Source: an uncultured Chloroflexia bacterium (GTDB lineage Bacteria; Chloroflexota; Limnocylindria; Limnocylindrales; CSP1-4). From it: 64,000 nucleotides of DNA. Positions within the stretch are counted from its first letter, which is position 1, and every line of letters begins with the position of its first letter. The notes under the pieces were generated by a model, which had not been told where the DNA came from, did not search any database, and saw only the letters and a list, made by a program, of their open reading frames with translations. Positions 20,375-30,398 of this stretch are shown here, piece by piece. The stretch spans positions 608,001 to 672,000 of the forward strand of contig CAVYIM010000003.1 of the NCBI GenBank assembly GCA_963768655.1, in the 5' to 3' direction. The translations under genes and the position numbers were made by a program.

Positions 20375-20986
20375 TCAATCCACGTCCACGCCCGTCTCGT
20401 CCGCCCTACCGGCGAGCTCGCGCAGAGCGGCCGCCGTTATCTGAGTTCGGTTCACCAGCACGAGTCCGAAGTGGCTGATCACCCGCCGATCGGCCAGCGA
20501 GCGCGCCGTCGCCGCCGTCATGGCCACGAAGCGCGGATCGGGTGAATCCACAAACGTGGCGATGTCCGTCTCCGAGAACAGGTAGATCGTCCCCGTCAGC
20601 GTGTGACCCTCGGTGAAGATGACCAGCTCCCTCGGCGCGCGCACCATGGTCGGCCGGTCCATGCCGCCGACGAGTCCCGTTTCGGCCGTGGACACGTCCT
20701 CTTTCTTCTGGCCGATGAAGGTGATCTCGTCCTGGTTGACCATCAGCTCCTCGATCACCATGCCGGTCGGTTCGCCGTTACGTCGCAGGAGCTGGGCGCC
20801 CGTCAGCCGGACGAAGCCGCGGCTGTGGTTGACCAGATCCGACAGGCGAGAGAAACGAAGAAGCGAGATGTCCCCGGAAACCCGCAGATGAGGACCCACG
20901 AGCTCGATCGTCTCGGACCGGTCCTGGCCGACCGGGCCGGGAGGTCCGAGCGGATCGACCGGTCGAGAGTTACCCCAGCCCATCAT
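20375..20986 (-). CDS. Hypothetical protein with two tandem DUF6812-like domains
   Basis: GGAGGG SD; two units of pattern G.I.L...RLSD.VN...FV.LT.A...VN...I. Confidence 0.65.
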   Translation of the reverse strand: MMGWGNSRPVDPLGPPGPVGQDRSETIELVGPHLRVSGDISLLRFSRLSDLVNHSRGFVRLTGAQLLRRNGEPTGMVIEELMVNQDEITFIGQKKEDVSTAETGLVGGMDRPTMVRAPRELVIFTEGHTLTGTIYLFSETDIATFVDSPDPRFVAMTAATARSLADRRVISHFGLVLVNRTQITAAALRELAGRADETGVDVD

Positions 20987-21125
20987 CGCTGCACCCTCCG
21001 ACTGTTTGATACCCGTTGGGCTGACTCGATTGTATTGGGTGCGCAAAGCGCCCCGCGTCGGCGTCCCAAGTATCGCCACATGTCAGCCCGGCCGTCGCGC
21101 CGGCGGTGGAGTGGCGGGATCGGGA

Positions 21126-22008
21126 TCAGGCGGGTCCCGCGCCGCCTGTCGCGCCTGAAGCGGCCGAATTGCCCGTTTCTCCCGAGGCGCCGGATGCGGC
21201 CGAGGCGCCGGATGCGGCCGAGGCGCCGGATGCGGCCGAAGCGGCCGGAAGCTCGAACCAGAGTCGCGCACCGCCGGTCGGCCAATTCTCGGCGCCGGCT
21301 CCACCGCCCTGAGCCTGCGCCAGGGCCTTCACGATCGACAGGTCCAGCCCGCTCGTGCCGGCGGCCCGACTGTGGGACGGGACGGCCTGGAAGAACCGCT
21401 CGAAGATGCGGCGCAGGGCCTCCGGCGGGATGCCCGGCCCGGTGTCCTCGACGGAGATGCGGACTCCGTGCCGGACCGCGCCGCGCCCGGTCGCCACGTC
21501 CCCGGGCGTCGCCGCGAGCCGAACCGTGCCCCCGGCGGGAGTGTGGTGCAGCGTTGTCTACAAGCGCCGTCACGATCTGGCGGGTTCTGTCGGGATCTGC
21601 GTCAACGACGAGACCACCGGGCGCGTCGACGGCCAGCGCCACGCCCAGCGTCGCCGCCCGCGCCTCGAACCCCGCGGCCACGGACGCGAGAGTGGCCCCA
21701 ACGTCAACCGCGCTCCGTTCCAGCGGCAGATGGCCGCCTTCGGCCAGGCTGATCGTGCGCAGGTCGTCCACGACTCGGGCGAGTACGCGTGACTGATCGC
21801 GGATCGTCTCGATGTGGCGCCCCTCCGGCGGGTACACGCCGTCGAGAATCGCGCTCGACGTGGCGTCGATCACCGCCAGCGGCGTCTTGAGCCGATGCGC
21901 GGCGTCCTGCAGGAAGTCGCGCCTCGACTCGTCGGCGCGCTCCAGCTCGCCGGCCATCGAATCGAACGTCCGGCCCAGCTGACCGAACTCGTCGTTCCCG
22001 CGTTGAAG
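21126..22008 (-). pseudogene. Sensor histidine kinase remnant (HAMP-HisKA-HATPase), 5'-truncated and frameshifted
   Basis: DEFGQLGRTFDSMA; H-box AAHRLKTPL; N-box LVDNA then a frameshift near 21550; EDTGPGI, IFERFF, GTSGLDLSIV in a second frame; no sensor/TM part. Confidence 0.85.
21183..21245. repeat. 18-bp tandem repeat x3 (CGAGGCGCCGGATGCGGC)
   Basis: Read directly; encodes ASAASG repeats at the kinase C-terminus. Confidence 0.85.
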
Positions 22009-22104
22009 CGACCATGGAGTGCCGATGGAGGGTGAGTGGAGGTTGGGTGGAGTGTTCACCAGGCCGGACACATCATGAAGATTGGGCTCAGTTACGCTTG
22101 CGGC

Positions 22105-22539
22105 ATGGAAGTCCTGATCCGCGATGCGGTCGAATCGGACGCCGAGGCGATCTCGCCGCTGCTTGTCCAGCTGATGCACGAACCGTCCACGGCCGAACAG
22201 GTCAGGGCGCGCCTGCGACGTCTGGGCGAAACGGGCTTTGACCGCGTGCTCGTCGCCGTCGCGGAGGGGCGGGTGGTCGGCCTAGCCGGGCTGCACGTCG
22301 CCTGGATGGTCCACCTGGACCGGCCCACCGCGCGGCTGATGAGCCTTGTCGTGGACGAGAGCTGCCGGGGAGGCGGGATCGGGCGGCGACTCGTCGAGGC
22401 GAGCTGCGAGCAGGCCCGGGAATGGGGCTGCGACCGCCTGGAGCTGACCAGCCGGCTGACGCGAACCGGCGCGCACTCCTTCTACGAGAGCGTCGGCTTC
22501 GAGCACACGTCGAAACGCTTCTCGATGCCGCTCCGGTGA
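22105..22539 (+). CDS. GNAT family N-acetyltransferase
   Basis: LVVDESCRGGGIGRRLV acetyl-CoA motif, AHSFYESVGF; TACGCT -10 six nt before ATG (leaderless). Confidence 0.9.
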   Translation: MEVLIRDAVESDAEAISPLLVQLMHEPSTAEQVRARLRRLGETGFDRVLVAVAEGRVVGLAGLHVAWMVHLDRPTARLMSLVVDESCRGGGIGRRLVEASCEQAREWGCDRLELTSRLTRTGAHSFYESVGFEHTSKRFSMPLR

Positions 22540-22939
22540 ACCAGTCGCCCGATCGTCGGCGGCCCGGCTTCGCGTAGCCGCTCGCGGGCCGCCCGGTCGG
22601 GTATCGAGTCCCCGCCGGAGGCGGCCCGAACCCCGTTTCTTGCAGCTACGCCTGCCAGGCGTGTTGTCCGCGAACGGACGCGGTTCGGAGGCGCCGGACG
22701 GCGTGTGGAGGGCACGATCCACGCTCAGCCAGGGGCGTCAAGGCTACCCGATCCGCCGGCGCCCGGCGTCCGGAAGGCGGCGTCCGCATCCAACCCGCCC
22801 ACCAGGCGTGGATGACGGAAACGACGGCGTCTTCGGCGGCCGTCGGGCATCCGCGCCGCCCCGGCCGCCCCAGGGCGGAAGATGAGGCCCCGATGATCGA
22901 GATGGGTTGCCTGCCTCTCGGGGGCTGGTCCCGCCAGAG

Positions 22940-23602
22940 CTAGGCGCGCCTGGCGAACTCGGCCACGAAGCGTGGAACCGGCGGATCTCCGGGCTCGAGG
23001 ATCTCGTCCAGGCGGGCCAGCTCCAGGCCGGGCCCAACGAAGTAGTCCAACTCGTCGCGGGTGAGCGGCCATGGCATCAGGCCCTCCGGGTCCTGCGGCC
23101 GGCGGCTCCGGGCCACGACGAGCAGGGTTCCGCCGGGGGCGACCGAACCGCCGATCGAGTGGGCGCAGGCCGCCCGAGCCTCGCCGTGCAGAACCTGGAT
23201 CGTGTAGGCCTCGAACACGAAGTCGAAGGCGCGCGACCAGCCGGGCGGCGGGGAGAGCACGTCGGCCACTTCGTAGCGCACGCTCGAATCGGGGAAGCGG
23301 GCGCGGCAGCGGGCGATCGCGGTTGGCGCGACGTCGAAGGCGGTCACTTCCAGGCCGGTGGTGGCCAGCAGCTCGGCGTCGTCACCGTAGCCGCAGCCGA
23401 CCACGAGAGCCCTGCCGCTCGGCGGAGCCGGCCGGCGCTGGAGCCATTCCACCAGGTAAGGGTTCGGTTCGAGATCGACCCAGGAGATGCGAAAGCCATC
23501 TCGTTCCGACTCTGCGTACAGCGTCTCGAACCAGCCGATCACGTCCCCACGAGCGATCGCATCGCGGGCGAGTTCTCGGGCGTGGGCTCGCGGGTCGGAC
23601 AC
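22940..23602 (-). CDS. Class I SAM-dependent methyltransferase (TPMT-like)
   Basis: RALVVGCGYGDDA motif I, AFDVAPTAI, FDFVFE; GGAGG SD. Confidence 0.9.
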   Translation of the reverse strand: MSDPRAHARELARDAIARGDVIGWFETLYAESERDGFRISWVDLEPNPYLVEWLQRRPAPPSGRALVVGCGYGDDAELLATTGLEVTAFDVAPTAIARCRARFPDSSVRYEVADVLSPPPGWSRAFDFVFEAYTIQVLHGEARAACAHSIGGSVAPGGTLLVVARSRRPQDPEGLMPWPLTRDELDYFVGPGLELARLDEILEPGDPPVPRFVAEFARRA

Positions 23603-23672
23603 TTGCGCCTCCGAATCAGAAGCGCCAGGTCAGGCGACCTGGCGCTTGCGGACTTCGAATGTGGGACCGAGC

Positions 23673-24530
23673 CTAGGGCTTCTTGGCTGCCGGCTTGACC
23701 GGAGCCTTCTCCTTGGCCGCCGGTTTCTCGGGCTTGGCTGCCGGCTTGGCCGGAGCCTTCTCCTTGGTCGCCGCTTTCTCGGGCTTGGCGGCGGGCTTGG
23801 CCGGCTTGGCGGCGGGCTTGGCCGCCGGTTTCTCGGGCTTGGCGGCGGGCTTGGCCGCCGGCTTGGCGGCGGGCTTTGCCGCCGGCTTGGTCGCCGCTTT
23901 CTCGGGCTTGGCCGCCGCTTTCTCGGGCTTGGCCGCCGGCTTGGCTGCCTTCGGGGCGGCTGCCTTCGGGGCGGCTGCCTTCGGGGCGGCTGCCTTCGGG
24001 GCGGCTGCCTTCGGGGCAGCTTTCGCCTTGACCGGCGTCTCGAGCTGCGCCGCTGCCGCCGCGCTGGCGGCCTCGGCTCGAGCGGTCTTGGACAACGCAG
24101 CGCGGGCCTTGCCGGCGGCTGTCTGCGGTCCCTTGGCCTTGGTGGCCTTGCCGGAGGCGATGCGAGTTCGAGCGGCCTTGACCGAGGCGGCCGTGCCGGT
24201 TGTCTTGGCGACACGTCCGGTCGTCTGGACGGACTCGCCGGCCTCGAGGGCATTGAGCCTCAGAGCCAGGCGCGACTTGCGGCGCGCGGCATTGTTGGGG
24301 TGGATCGCCCCGACCTTGGCGGCCTTGTCGAGAGCGCTCATCGCCTGCGCCAACGCTTCGGCGGTATCGCCTTCGGCAGCGCCGGTCGCGACCTTGACGG
24401 CATGGGTCGCATATGTCTTCGCCGCGCTGCGGCGCGGCTGATTGATGGCCCGCCGGCGCTCTGCCTGGCGAACCCGCTTGATCGCTGACGGCGTGCGGGC
24501 GCCGGTCCAGCCTCGGGGCGTCTTGGCCAA
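23673..24530 (-). CDS. rpsT: 30S ribosomal protein S20 with ~190-aa Ala/Lys/Pro-rich C-terminal extension
   Basis: SAIKRVRQAERRRAIN...SALDKAAKVGAIHPNNAARRKSRL; divergent from lepA as in Firmicute-type synteny; TTG start with GAGG. Confidence 0.92.
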   Translation of the reverse strand: MAKTPRGWTGARTPSAIKRVRQAERRRAINQPRRSAAKTYATHAVKVATGAAEGDTAEALAQAMSALDKAAKVGAIHPNNAARRKSRLALRLNALEAGESVQTTGRVAKTTGTAASVKAARTRIASGKATKAKGPQTAAGKARAALSKTARAEAASAAAAAQLETPVKAKAAPKAAAPKAAAPKAAAPKAAAPKAAKPAAKPEKAAAKPEKAATKPAAKPAAKPAAKPAAKPEKPAAKPAAKPAKPAAKPEKAATKEKAPAKPAAKPEKPAAKEKAPVKPAAKKP

Positions 24531-24657
24531 AGTTCGAAGACCTCTATGCTGCAACGGAAACGGCAGGCGCGCAGAGTGGGCGCCAGCCGGCGCGACGCTT
24601 GATGGTACCAGAGTCCGCGCGACACGCGTGCGAGCAGATACGCGCGCGAGCTTTTAC

Positions 24658-24801
24658 TCATGCGCACCGCGGTCGATGCTGCCTGGCACTCGTTCCGTTG
24701 ACGAGGAGCGCCAGGCCTTCGAGCAGCAAGAGCACGCCGAGGAGGCCGGCGAGCACCGCCAGGATCGCCACGCCGGTGGGACGGTCCATCCCGTTCTCCA
24801 T
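24658..24801 (-). CDS. Small membrane peptide or truncated membrane-protein remnant (47 aa)
   Basis: [34 protein letters not shown]...; GGAGGG SD. Confidence 0.45.
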   Translation of the reverse strand: MENGMDRPTGVAILAVLAGLLGVLLLLEGLALLVNGTSARQHRPRCA

Positions 24802-24914
24802 CTGTATGCCCTCCGCTACCCAATGGTGAACGCGGATACGATAGTCGCCCGAAGCCCTCTGCGGCGCTTCTCGGCGTGGCCCTTTGCGCGCACCGCCCCG
24901 CTACACTCCCACCC

Positions 24915-26726
24915 GTGACCATACCTCAATCTCGCCTGCGCAACTTCAGCATCATCGCCCACATCGACCACGGCAAGACGACGCTCTCGGACCGGCTGCT
25001 GGAGCTGACGCACACCATCGAACCGCGCCAGATGACGAGCCAGATGCTCGACTCCATGGACCTGGAGAAAGAGCACGGGATCACGATCAAGGCCCGGGCG
25101 GTCCGCCTCGAGTACACGGCCTCCGACGGCCTGGTCTACGGCCTCAACCTCATCGACACACCCGGCCATGTCGACTTCAGCTACGAGGTCAGCCGCAGCC
25201 TCCAAGCGTGCGAAGGCGCCATCCTGGTCATCGACGCGACGCAGGGGATCGAGGCTCAGACGCTGGCCAACGTCCATCTCGCCCTCAAGCAGAACCTGAC
25301 GATCATCCCCGTTCTGAACAAGATCGACCTGCCGTCCGCCCAGATCGACGTCGTCATCGATGAGCTCGAGAACGTCCTGGCCATGCCGCGGGAAGAGGTG
25401 CTGCTCGCCTCGGCCAAGGACGGGACCGGCGTGCCGGAGATCCTCGAGGCGATCGTGCAGCGCGTGCCGCCGCCGAAGGGCGACCCGGATGCGCCGCTCC
25501 AGGGCCTCATCTTCGACTCGCACTACGACCCCTACAAGGGTGTCGTCGTCTACATCCGTCTCGCCCAGGGAACGCTCCACCAGCACGACATCATTCGGCT
25601 CATGGGCTCGGGCGCGGAGGCCGAGCTCGTCGAGCTCGGCTTCTTCCGGCCGCAGCTCGTGCCCGTGCTCGAGCTGCACGCGGGCGACGTCGGCTACGTG
25701 GCGACCGGCCTCAAGAGCGTCCGCGACGCGCAGGTCGGCGATACGATCACGACCGTGGGCCATCCGGCCGAGCATCCGTTGCCGGGTTATCAGCCAGCCA
25801 AGAGCCTGGTTTTCGCCGGCATCTACCCCATCGTCGGGTCCGACTACCCGCTGTTGCGCGATGCCATGGAGAAGCTCCACCTCAACGACGCCAGCTTCAG
25901 CTTCGAGCCCGAGAGCTCGGTCGCCCTGGGGTTCGGATTCCGATGCGGCTTCCTCGGCCTGCTTCACATGGAGATCGTCGAGGAGCGCCTGGAGCGCGAG
26001 TTCGGCCAGGAGCTGATCGCCTCGGCGCCTTCGGTCCAGTACAAGGTCGTGCTCATGCACGGCCAGGGAACGGTCGACGTGGACAATCCGTCCAAGATGC
26101 CGGATGCCGGCGTGATCGAGGAGATCCAGGAACCCTGGGTCAAGCTCGGCATCGTCACTCCGTCCAGCTACATAGGGACTCTGATGGAGCTGGCCAAGAA
26201 CCGGCGCGGCACCTTCCTCGAGATGGAGTATCTGGACCCCAAGCGCGTCCTGCTCAACTTCGAGCTGCCGCTGGCCGAGGTGATCGTCGACTTCTACGAT
26301 CAGCTCAAGACACGCACGCAGGGCTACGCGTCTATGGACTTCGAGGAGATTGGCTACCGGGCGGCCAACCTGGTCAAGGTCGACGTCCTTGTCGCCGGCG
26401 ATCCGGTCGATGCGTTGTCGGTGATCGTGCATCGCGACCGGGCTCAGGCGATCGGGCGCGAGCTGGTCCACCGGCTGCGCGGCCTGATCCCGCGCCAGAT
26501 GTTCGATGTCGCCGTCCAGGCCGCGATCGGCTCCAACGTCATCGCCCGCGAAACCGTCGTCGCCATGCGCAAGAACGTCCTCGCGAAATGCTATGGCGGT
26601 GACATCACTCGCAAGCGTAAGCTGCTGGAGAAGCAGAAAGAGGGGAAGCAGCGGATGAAGCGGGTGGGATCCGTGGAGATACCCCAGGAGGCCTTCCTGG
26701 CGGTTCTCCGAATGGACGAGGTATGA
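24915..26726 (+). CDS. lepA: Translation elongation factor 4 (LepA)
   Basis: [56 protein letters not shown]; GTG 24915 after TACACT. Confidence 0.98.
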   Translation: MTIPQSRLRNFSIIAHIDHGKTTLSDRLLELTHTIEPRQMTSQMLDSMDLEKEHGITIKARAVRLEYTASDGLVYGLNLIDTPGHVDFSYEVSRSLQACEGAILVIDATQGIEAQTLANVHLALKQNLTIIPVLNKIDLPSAQIDVVIDELENVLAMPREEVLLASAKDGTGVPEILEAIVQRVPPPKGDPDAPLQGLIFDSHYDPYKGVVVYIRLAQGTLHQHDIIRLMGSGAEAELVELGFFRPQLVPVLELHAGDVGYVATGLKSVRDAQVGDTITTVGHPAEHPLPGYQPAKSLVFAGIYPIVGSDYPLLRDAMEKLHLNDASFSFEPESSVALGFGFRCGFLGLLHMEIVEERLEREFGQELIASAPSVQYKVVLMHGQGTVDVDNPSKMPDAGVIEEIQEPWVKLGIVTPSSYIGTLMELAKNRRGTFLEMEYLDPKRVLLNFELPLAEVIVDFYDQLKTRTQGYASMDFEEIGYRAANLVKVDVLVAGDPVDALSVIVHRDRAQAIGRELVHRLRGLIPRQMFDVAVQAAIGSNVIARETVVAMRKNVLAKCYGGDITRKRKLLEKQKEGKQRMKRVGSVEIPQEAFLAVLRMDEV

Positions 26727-27490
26727 CGTCCGACCAGTTCCGGATCCTCGTCGCCGTCGTCCTGTTGCTGACGCTGATCCTGCTCCGGCTCCAGGCCGAA
26801 TCGTTCGGCGCGGCCGAGTACGACGAGCCGAACAACCGCTATCACCGCGGGTTCTGGACGCGCCTCGCCTGGTACGCGCTTGGGCTGGCGCTTCTGGCGG
26901 CGATCTACTCCGTCCACCCCGAGCCGCACGACGTTCTCTATCTGGTCCTCGGGAAGAAGGTCGATGTCCTGACCTTCGGGCTGTCCTTGGCCGCGATCGG
27001 CGCAGCCCAGGCGGCGGTATTCGCGTGGCTCCGATACGGCCGTTTGCGGTTGCCGGCGCCGTCGGCCTACCCGGGGGCGGCGATCAACTCGATCGTCACA
27101 GCGGTCATCGACGAGGCCGCCTTCCGGGGCGCTGTTCAGGGCATGCTTCTCGCCGCGGGCATGCCGGATGGCAGCTCGATCCTCGTCCAGGCGATCATCT
27201 ACACGCTGGCCACGCGCATGGGTGCGCCGGGCCGGCATCGCTACATGCTCCTGCTCACGTTCGGGATCGGTGTGGCCTGCGGTTGGGCCACGCTCCGCAC
27301 GGGCGGCATCGGGGCGGCGATCCTGGCTCACTCGCTGACTTCGTTCGCCCTGTTCGTTTGCACAGGTCACGCTGGTCAGGTGCGCCGCGGCGCAGAGCCG
27401 GACGAGATGGACGCTCTCCGCAGGCCTGAGGGCTGGCTCGACGCGCGACGACCCGACGAGGCTTCCGGCCGTACCGACGCCGGCTCGTAG
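26723..27490 (+). CDS. CPBP (CAAX/Abi) family intramembrane protein with degenerate motifs
   Basis: Multi-TM; DEAAFRG (EExxxR-like), LRTGGI...LAHS; ATGA overlap with lepA. Confidence 0.7.
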   Translation: MTSDQFRILVAVVLLLTLILLRLQAESFGAAEYDEPNNRYHRGFWTRLAWYALGLALLAAIYSVHPEPHDVLYLVLGKKVDVLTFGLSLAAIGAAQAAVFAWLRYGRLRLPAPSAYPGAAINSIVTAVIDEAAFRGAVQGMLLAAGMPDGSSILVQAIIYTLATRMGAPGRHRYMLLLTFGIGVACGWATLRTGGIGAAILAHSLTSFALFVCTGHAGQVRRGAEPDEMDALRRPEGWLDARRPDEASGRTDAGS

Positions 27491-27584
27491 CGGTCCACCG
27501 CCGGTCGGCGCCGCCGCATCGAACTGCCGCCGCCGGTCCGAGCCCGCTCGTGCCGGGCCGGCGCGAGCGGGCTACGCTCTGCGG

Positions 27585-28811
27585 GTGAGCACGCCACAAC
27601 CGCCCGTCGCGCTGTACGTCCATCTGCCCTTCTGCGTGGCCCGTTGCCCCTACTGCGACTTCGTCGTTTATGCCGGCGGCGAGGCGCGAGGACCTCGAGC
27701 GAGGACAGAGCGACTGTACGAAGCAGTCGGCCGCGAGCTGGAGCTACGCGCCGACGCTCTCGACGACCGGTTCGGGTCCGTGAGGCCGCCGCTGCAGACG
27801 CTCTACTTCGGCGGCGGCACACCGTCCCTCGTCCCGGGGGAGTGGCTGGCGCGCCTGATGGCGATCGTGCGGCGTCGCTACGGGCTCGCGCCCGGGGCCG
27901 AGGTCACGCTCGAAGCCAACCCGGGCCCCGACGAGCGGGGCGATCTCGCAGGCTTCGCCGCGATGGGAGTGAACCGCGTCTCGTTCGGTGCGCAGAGTAT
28001 GAACGGCGGGGACTTGCGGCGCCTCGGCCGGCGCCACTCCCCGGCGGACGTGGCGACGGCGGTGGCGCAGGCTCGCGCAGGCGGCCTCGGCTCGGTCAGC
28101 CTGGACCTCCTGTACGACGTCCCGGGGCAGTCGGTCGCGAGCTGGGAGTCGACTTTGCGGGCGGCGCTCGCGCTCCGTCCGGACCACCTCTCGCTCTACG
28201 CCCTCACGCTCGACGACCCCGATGCCGAGGGCCTCACCGGCGAAACGGGCGACCACCTCCCAACCTCGGCGGGCGCAAGGCGCTGGCGCGAGGCGGCCCG
28301 CCGTGAGCAGGACGACGATCGAGCCGCCGAGCAGTACGGTGTCGCCTCGAACCTGCTGGCAGCGGCCGGGTGGCGAGGCTACGAAATCTCCAACTGGGCG
28401 CGGCCGGGCCACGAGAGCCGCCACAACCTGACCTACTGGGAGCGCCGCCCATATGAGGCGGTGGGCCCCGGGGCTCACGCCTTCGACGGCGCGGTCCGGT
28501 GCTGGAACGGGGCCGCTCTGGAGGGGTACATCGCCGCGCTCCTCCCTGCGGCGGGGAACGGGGCTGTGCCACCGGGCGATTGCGAGATCATCTCGCCCGA
28601 GACGGCCGCAGCGGAACGTTCGATCCTGGCGTTGCGGCTGGATCGAGGAGTGCCTGCATCGTGGGCCGACGAGCCGTCAGCGGCGGACGCCTTCGAGTGG
28701 GGGCGATCCTCCGGGCTGCTGGAGGCCGTCGAATTCGACGGCGAAGCCCGTCTGCGCCTCACCCTTCGCGGTCGTCTCCTGAGCAACGAGTTGTTCGCAC
28801 GACTTCTGTGA
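27585..28811 (+). CDS. hemW: Radical SAM heme chaperone HemW
   Basis: LYVHLPFCVARCPYCDF, GGGTPS, EANP, YEISNW, HNLTYW; lepA-hemW synteny. Confidence 0.92.
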   Translation: MSTPQPPVALYVHLPFCVARCPYCDFVVYAGGEARGPRARTERLYEAVGRELELRADALDDRFGSVRPPLQTLYFGGGTPSLVPGEWLARLMAIVRRRYGLAPGAEVTLEANPGPDERGDLAGFAAMGVNRVSFGAQSMNGGDLRRLGRRHSPADVATAVAQARAGGLGSVSLDLLYDVPGQSVASWESTLRAALALRPDHLSLYALTLDDPDAEGLTGETGDHLPTSAGARRWREAARREQDDDRAAEQYGVASNLLAAAGWRGYEISNWARPGHESRHNLTYWERRPYEAVGPGAHAFDGAVRCWNGAALEGYIAALLPAAGNGAVPPGDCEIISPETAAAERSILALRLDRGVPASWADEPSAADAFEWGRSSGLLEAVEFDGEARLRLTLRGRLLSNELFARLL

Positions 28812-28974
28812 AATGCGCCTTTGGAGCCGGCGCCCGCCAGGGCTGACGAGATGGCGCTATGGGCCGACCACGGCGCCTGTACCGCCCTGCGCAACCGTGT
28901 CGTTGTGGTTTGTTGTTTAACACGCTATTCTTTGGTCATTCATTCCTCGGGCCCAACGAGGAAACTTCGAAGCC

Positions 28975-30273
28975 ATGATCAAGAGTCGCGCAGGCGAGAT
29001 CGCGCAGTCGGAGATCAGGCGCAACAACCTCAGCAGGATGCTCGAGGCGCTCCATCTTCAGGGCTCACTCTCTCGTTCCGAGTTGTCTGCCTGTTTGCAC
29101 CTGAATCGCAGCACTGTGGCATCGCTGATCGCCGAACTGGCGGCACGAGGCCTCGTGTGGGAGCGCTCCCGTGACAAGCCCGCGCCCCAGCCCACGCCCG
29201 GGCGTCCCTCTCCCGTCGTCGAGATCTGCCGTGAGGGCCCGGCCGCCCTGGCTCTCGAGCTGTCCACCGACTGGATCCGGGCCGCAGTGATCGGGCTGGG
29301 TGCCAACGTCGCCGTCTCGGTCAGCAAGGATCTGTCGCTCGCTTCGTCCACGCCGGAGGAGGCGCTGGACGAGGCTCATAGTCTCGTAGGGCCTATGCTT
29401 GCACAGCTCGATCATGGGCCACGCGTGGCCGCGATCGGGGTCTCGGCGCCGGGCGCCGTTCGAGCTGACGACGGTTATGTTTATCACGCGCCCAACCTTG
29501 GCTGGAGGGACGTTCCACTGGGTTCCTTGATCCGCAGCAGGTTCTCCGACCTGGGACTACCCGTGTTCGTCGGCAACGACGCCGACCTCGCCGCGTCCGC
29601 GGAGCACTTGCGAGGCTCGGGTCGGGGAACGGCGGATTTCATCTGCCTCTGGGGTGAAGGCGGCATCGGAGCCGGGATAGTGGTCGGCGGCCAGTCCCTG
29701 GCCGGGGCTGCCGGCTACGCCGGCGAGGTCGGACACATGGCCGTCGACCCTGAAGGCGCCGAATGTCGCTGCGGCTCACACGGCTGCTGGGAAACCGTGG
29801 TCGGCGAGGAGGCGCTTCTGCGCCGGTCCGGGCGCGACCCAAAGGGTGGCAGCGCGGCGGTCGCGGATCTGCTCCAGGCCGCGGAAGAGGGCGAAGGTGG
29901 GGCGCTCGCGGCCATCGCCGAGTCGGGCCGATGGCTGGGGATCGGGATCGCCGGACTCGTGAACGTTTTCAATCCCTCGCGGGTAGCGCTGGGTGGGCTC
30001 TACGCTCGCATCGATCCATATGCCCACGAAGCACTCGTGCATGAGCTCGGCTGCCGAGCGATGCCCGCGCCTCGTGCTATGGTTGAGTTGACGACAGCGT
30101 CGCTGGGTGCCGACGCGCTTCTGCTCGGCGCCGCCGAGCTCGCGCTGGCTCCCATTATTCGCGACCCAGCCACCGTCCCGCTGCCAGGCAATGCGGCAGC
30201 CATGAGTTCGCGGCGGCGCCCCCGTCCAGCCTCGTATACGTGGACGTTGACGCCGGCCGAGGCAAGGAGGTGA
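28975..30273 (+). CDS. ROK family transcriptional repressor (XylR/NagC-like)
   Basis: N-terminal HTH (LSRSELS...LNRSTVASLI...GRP), GNDADLAA, GEVGH...CRCGSHGCWE. Confidence 0.92.
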   Translation: MIKSRAGEIAQSEIRRNNLSRMLEALHLQGSLSRSELSACLHLNRSTVASLIAELAARGLVWERSRDKPAPQPTPGRPSPVVEICREGPAALALELSTDWIRAAVIGLGANVAVSVSKDLSLASSTPEEALDEAHSLVGPMLAQLDHGPRVAAIGVSAPGAVRADDGYVYHAPNLGWRDVPLGSLIRSRFSDLGLPVFVGNDADLAASAEHLRGSGRGTADFICLWGEGGIGAGIVVGGQSLAGAAGYAGEVGHMAVDPEGAECRCGSHGCWETVVGEEALLRRSGRDPKGGSAAVADLLQAAEEGEGGALAAIAESGRWLGIGIAGLVNVFNPSRVALGGLYARIDPYAHEALVHELGCRAMPAPRAMVELTTASLGADALLLGAAELALAPIIRDPATVPLPGNAAAMSSRRRPRPASYTWTLTPAEARR

Positions 30274-30398
30274 TAGCCAGCGTGACTTCAGGGCGGCTGC
30301 CCCTGACCCATCTTTTGGAAGCCCTCCGCCGCCGCGGCCGATAGGGAGCCGCGGGGCGGCGGAGACAATTGCTTCACTAGTGACGGAGGAGTCCCAAT

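Noticed and set aside
28900-28970. ROK operator upstream of the regulator
   Set aside because: An AT-rich promoter-like patch is present but I could not define a convincing palindrome.
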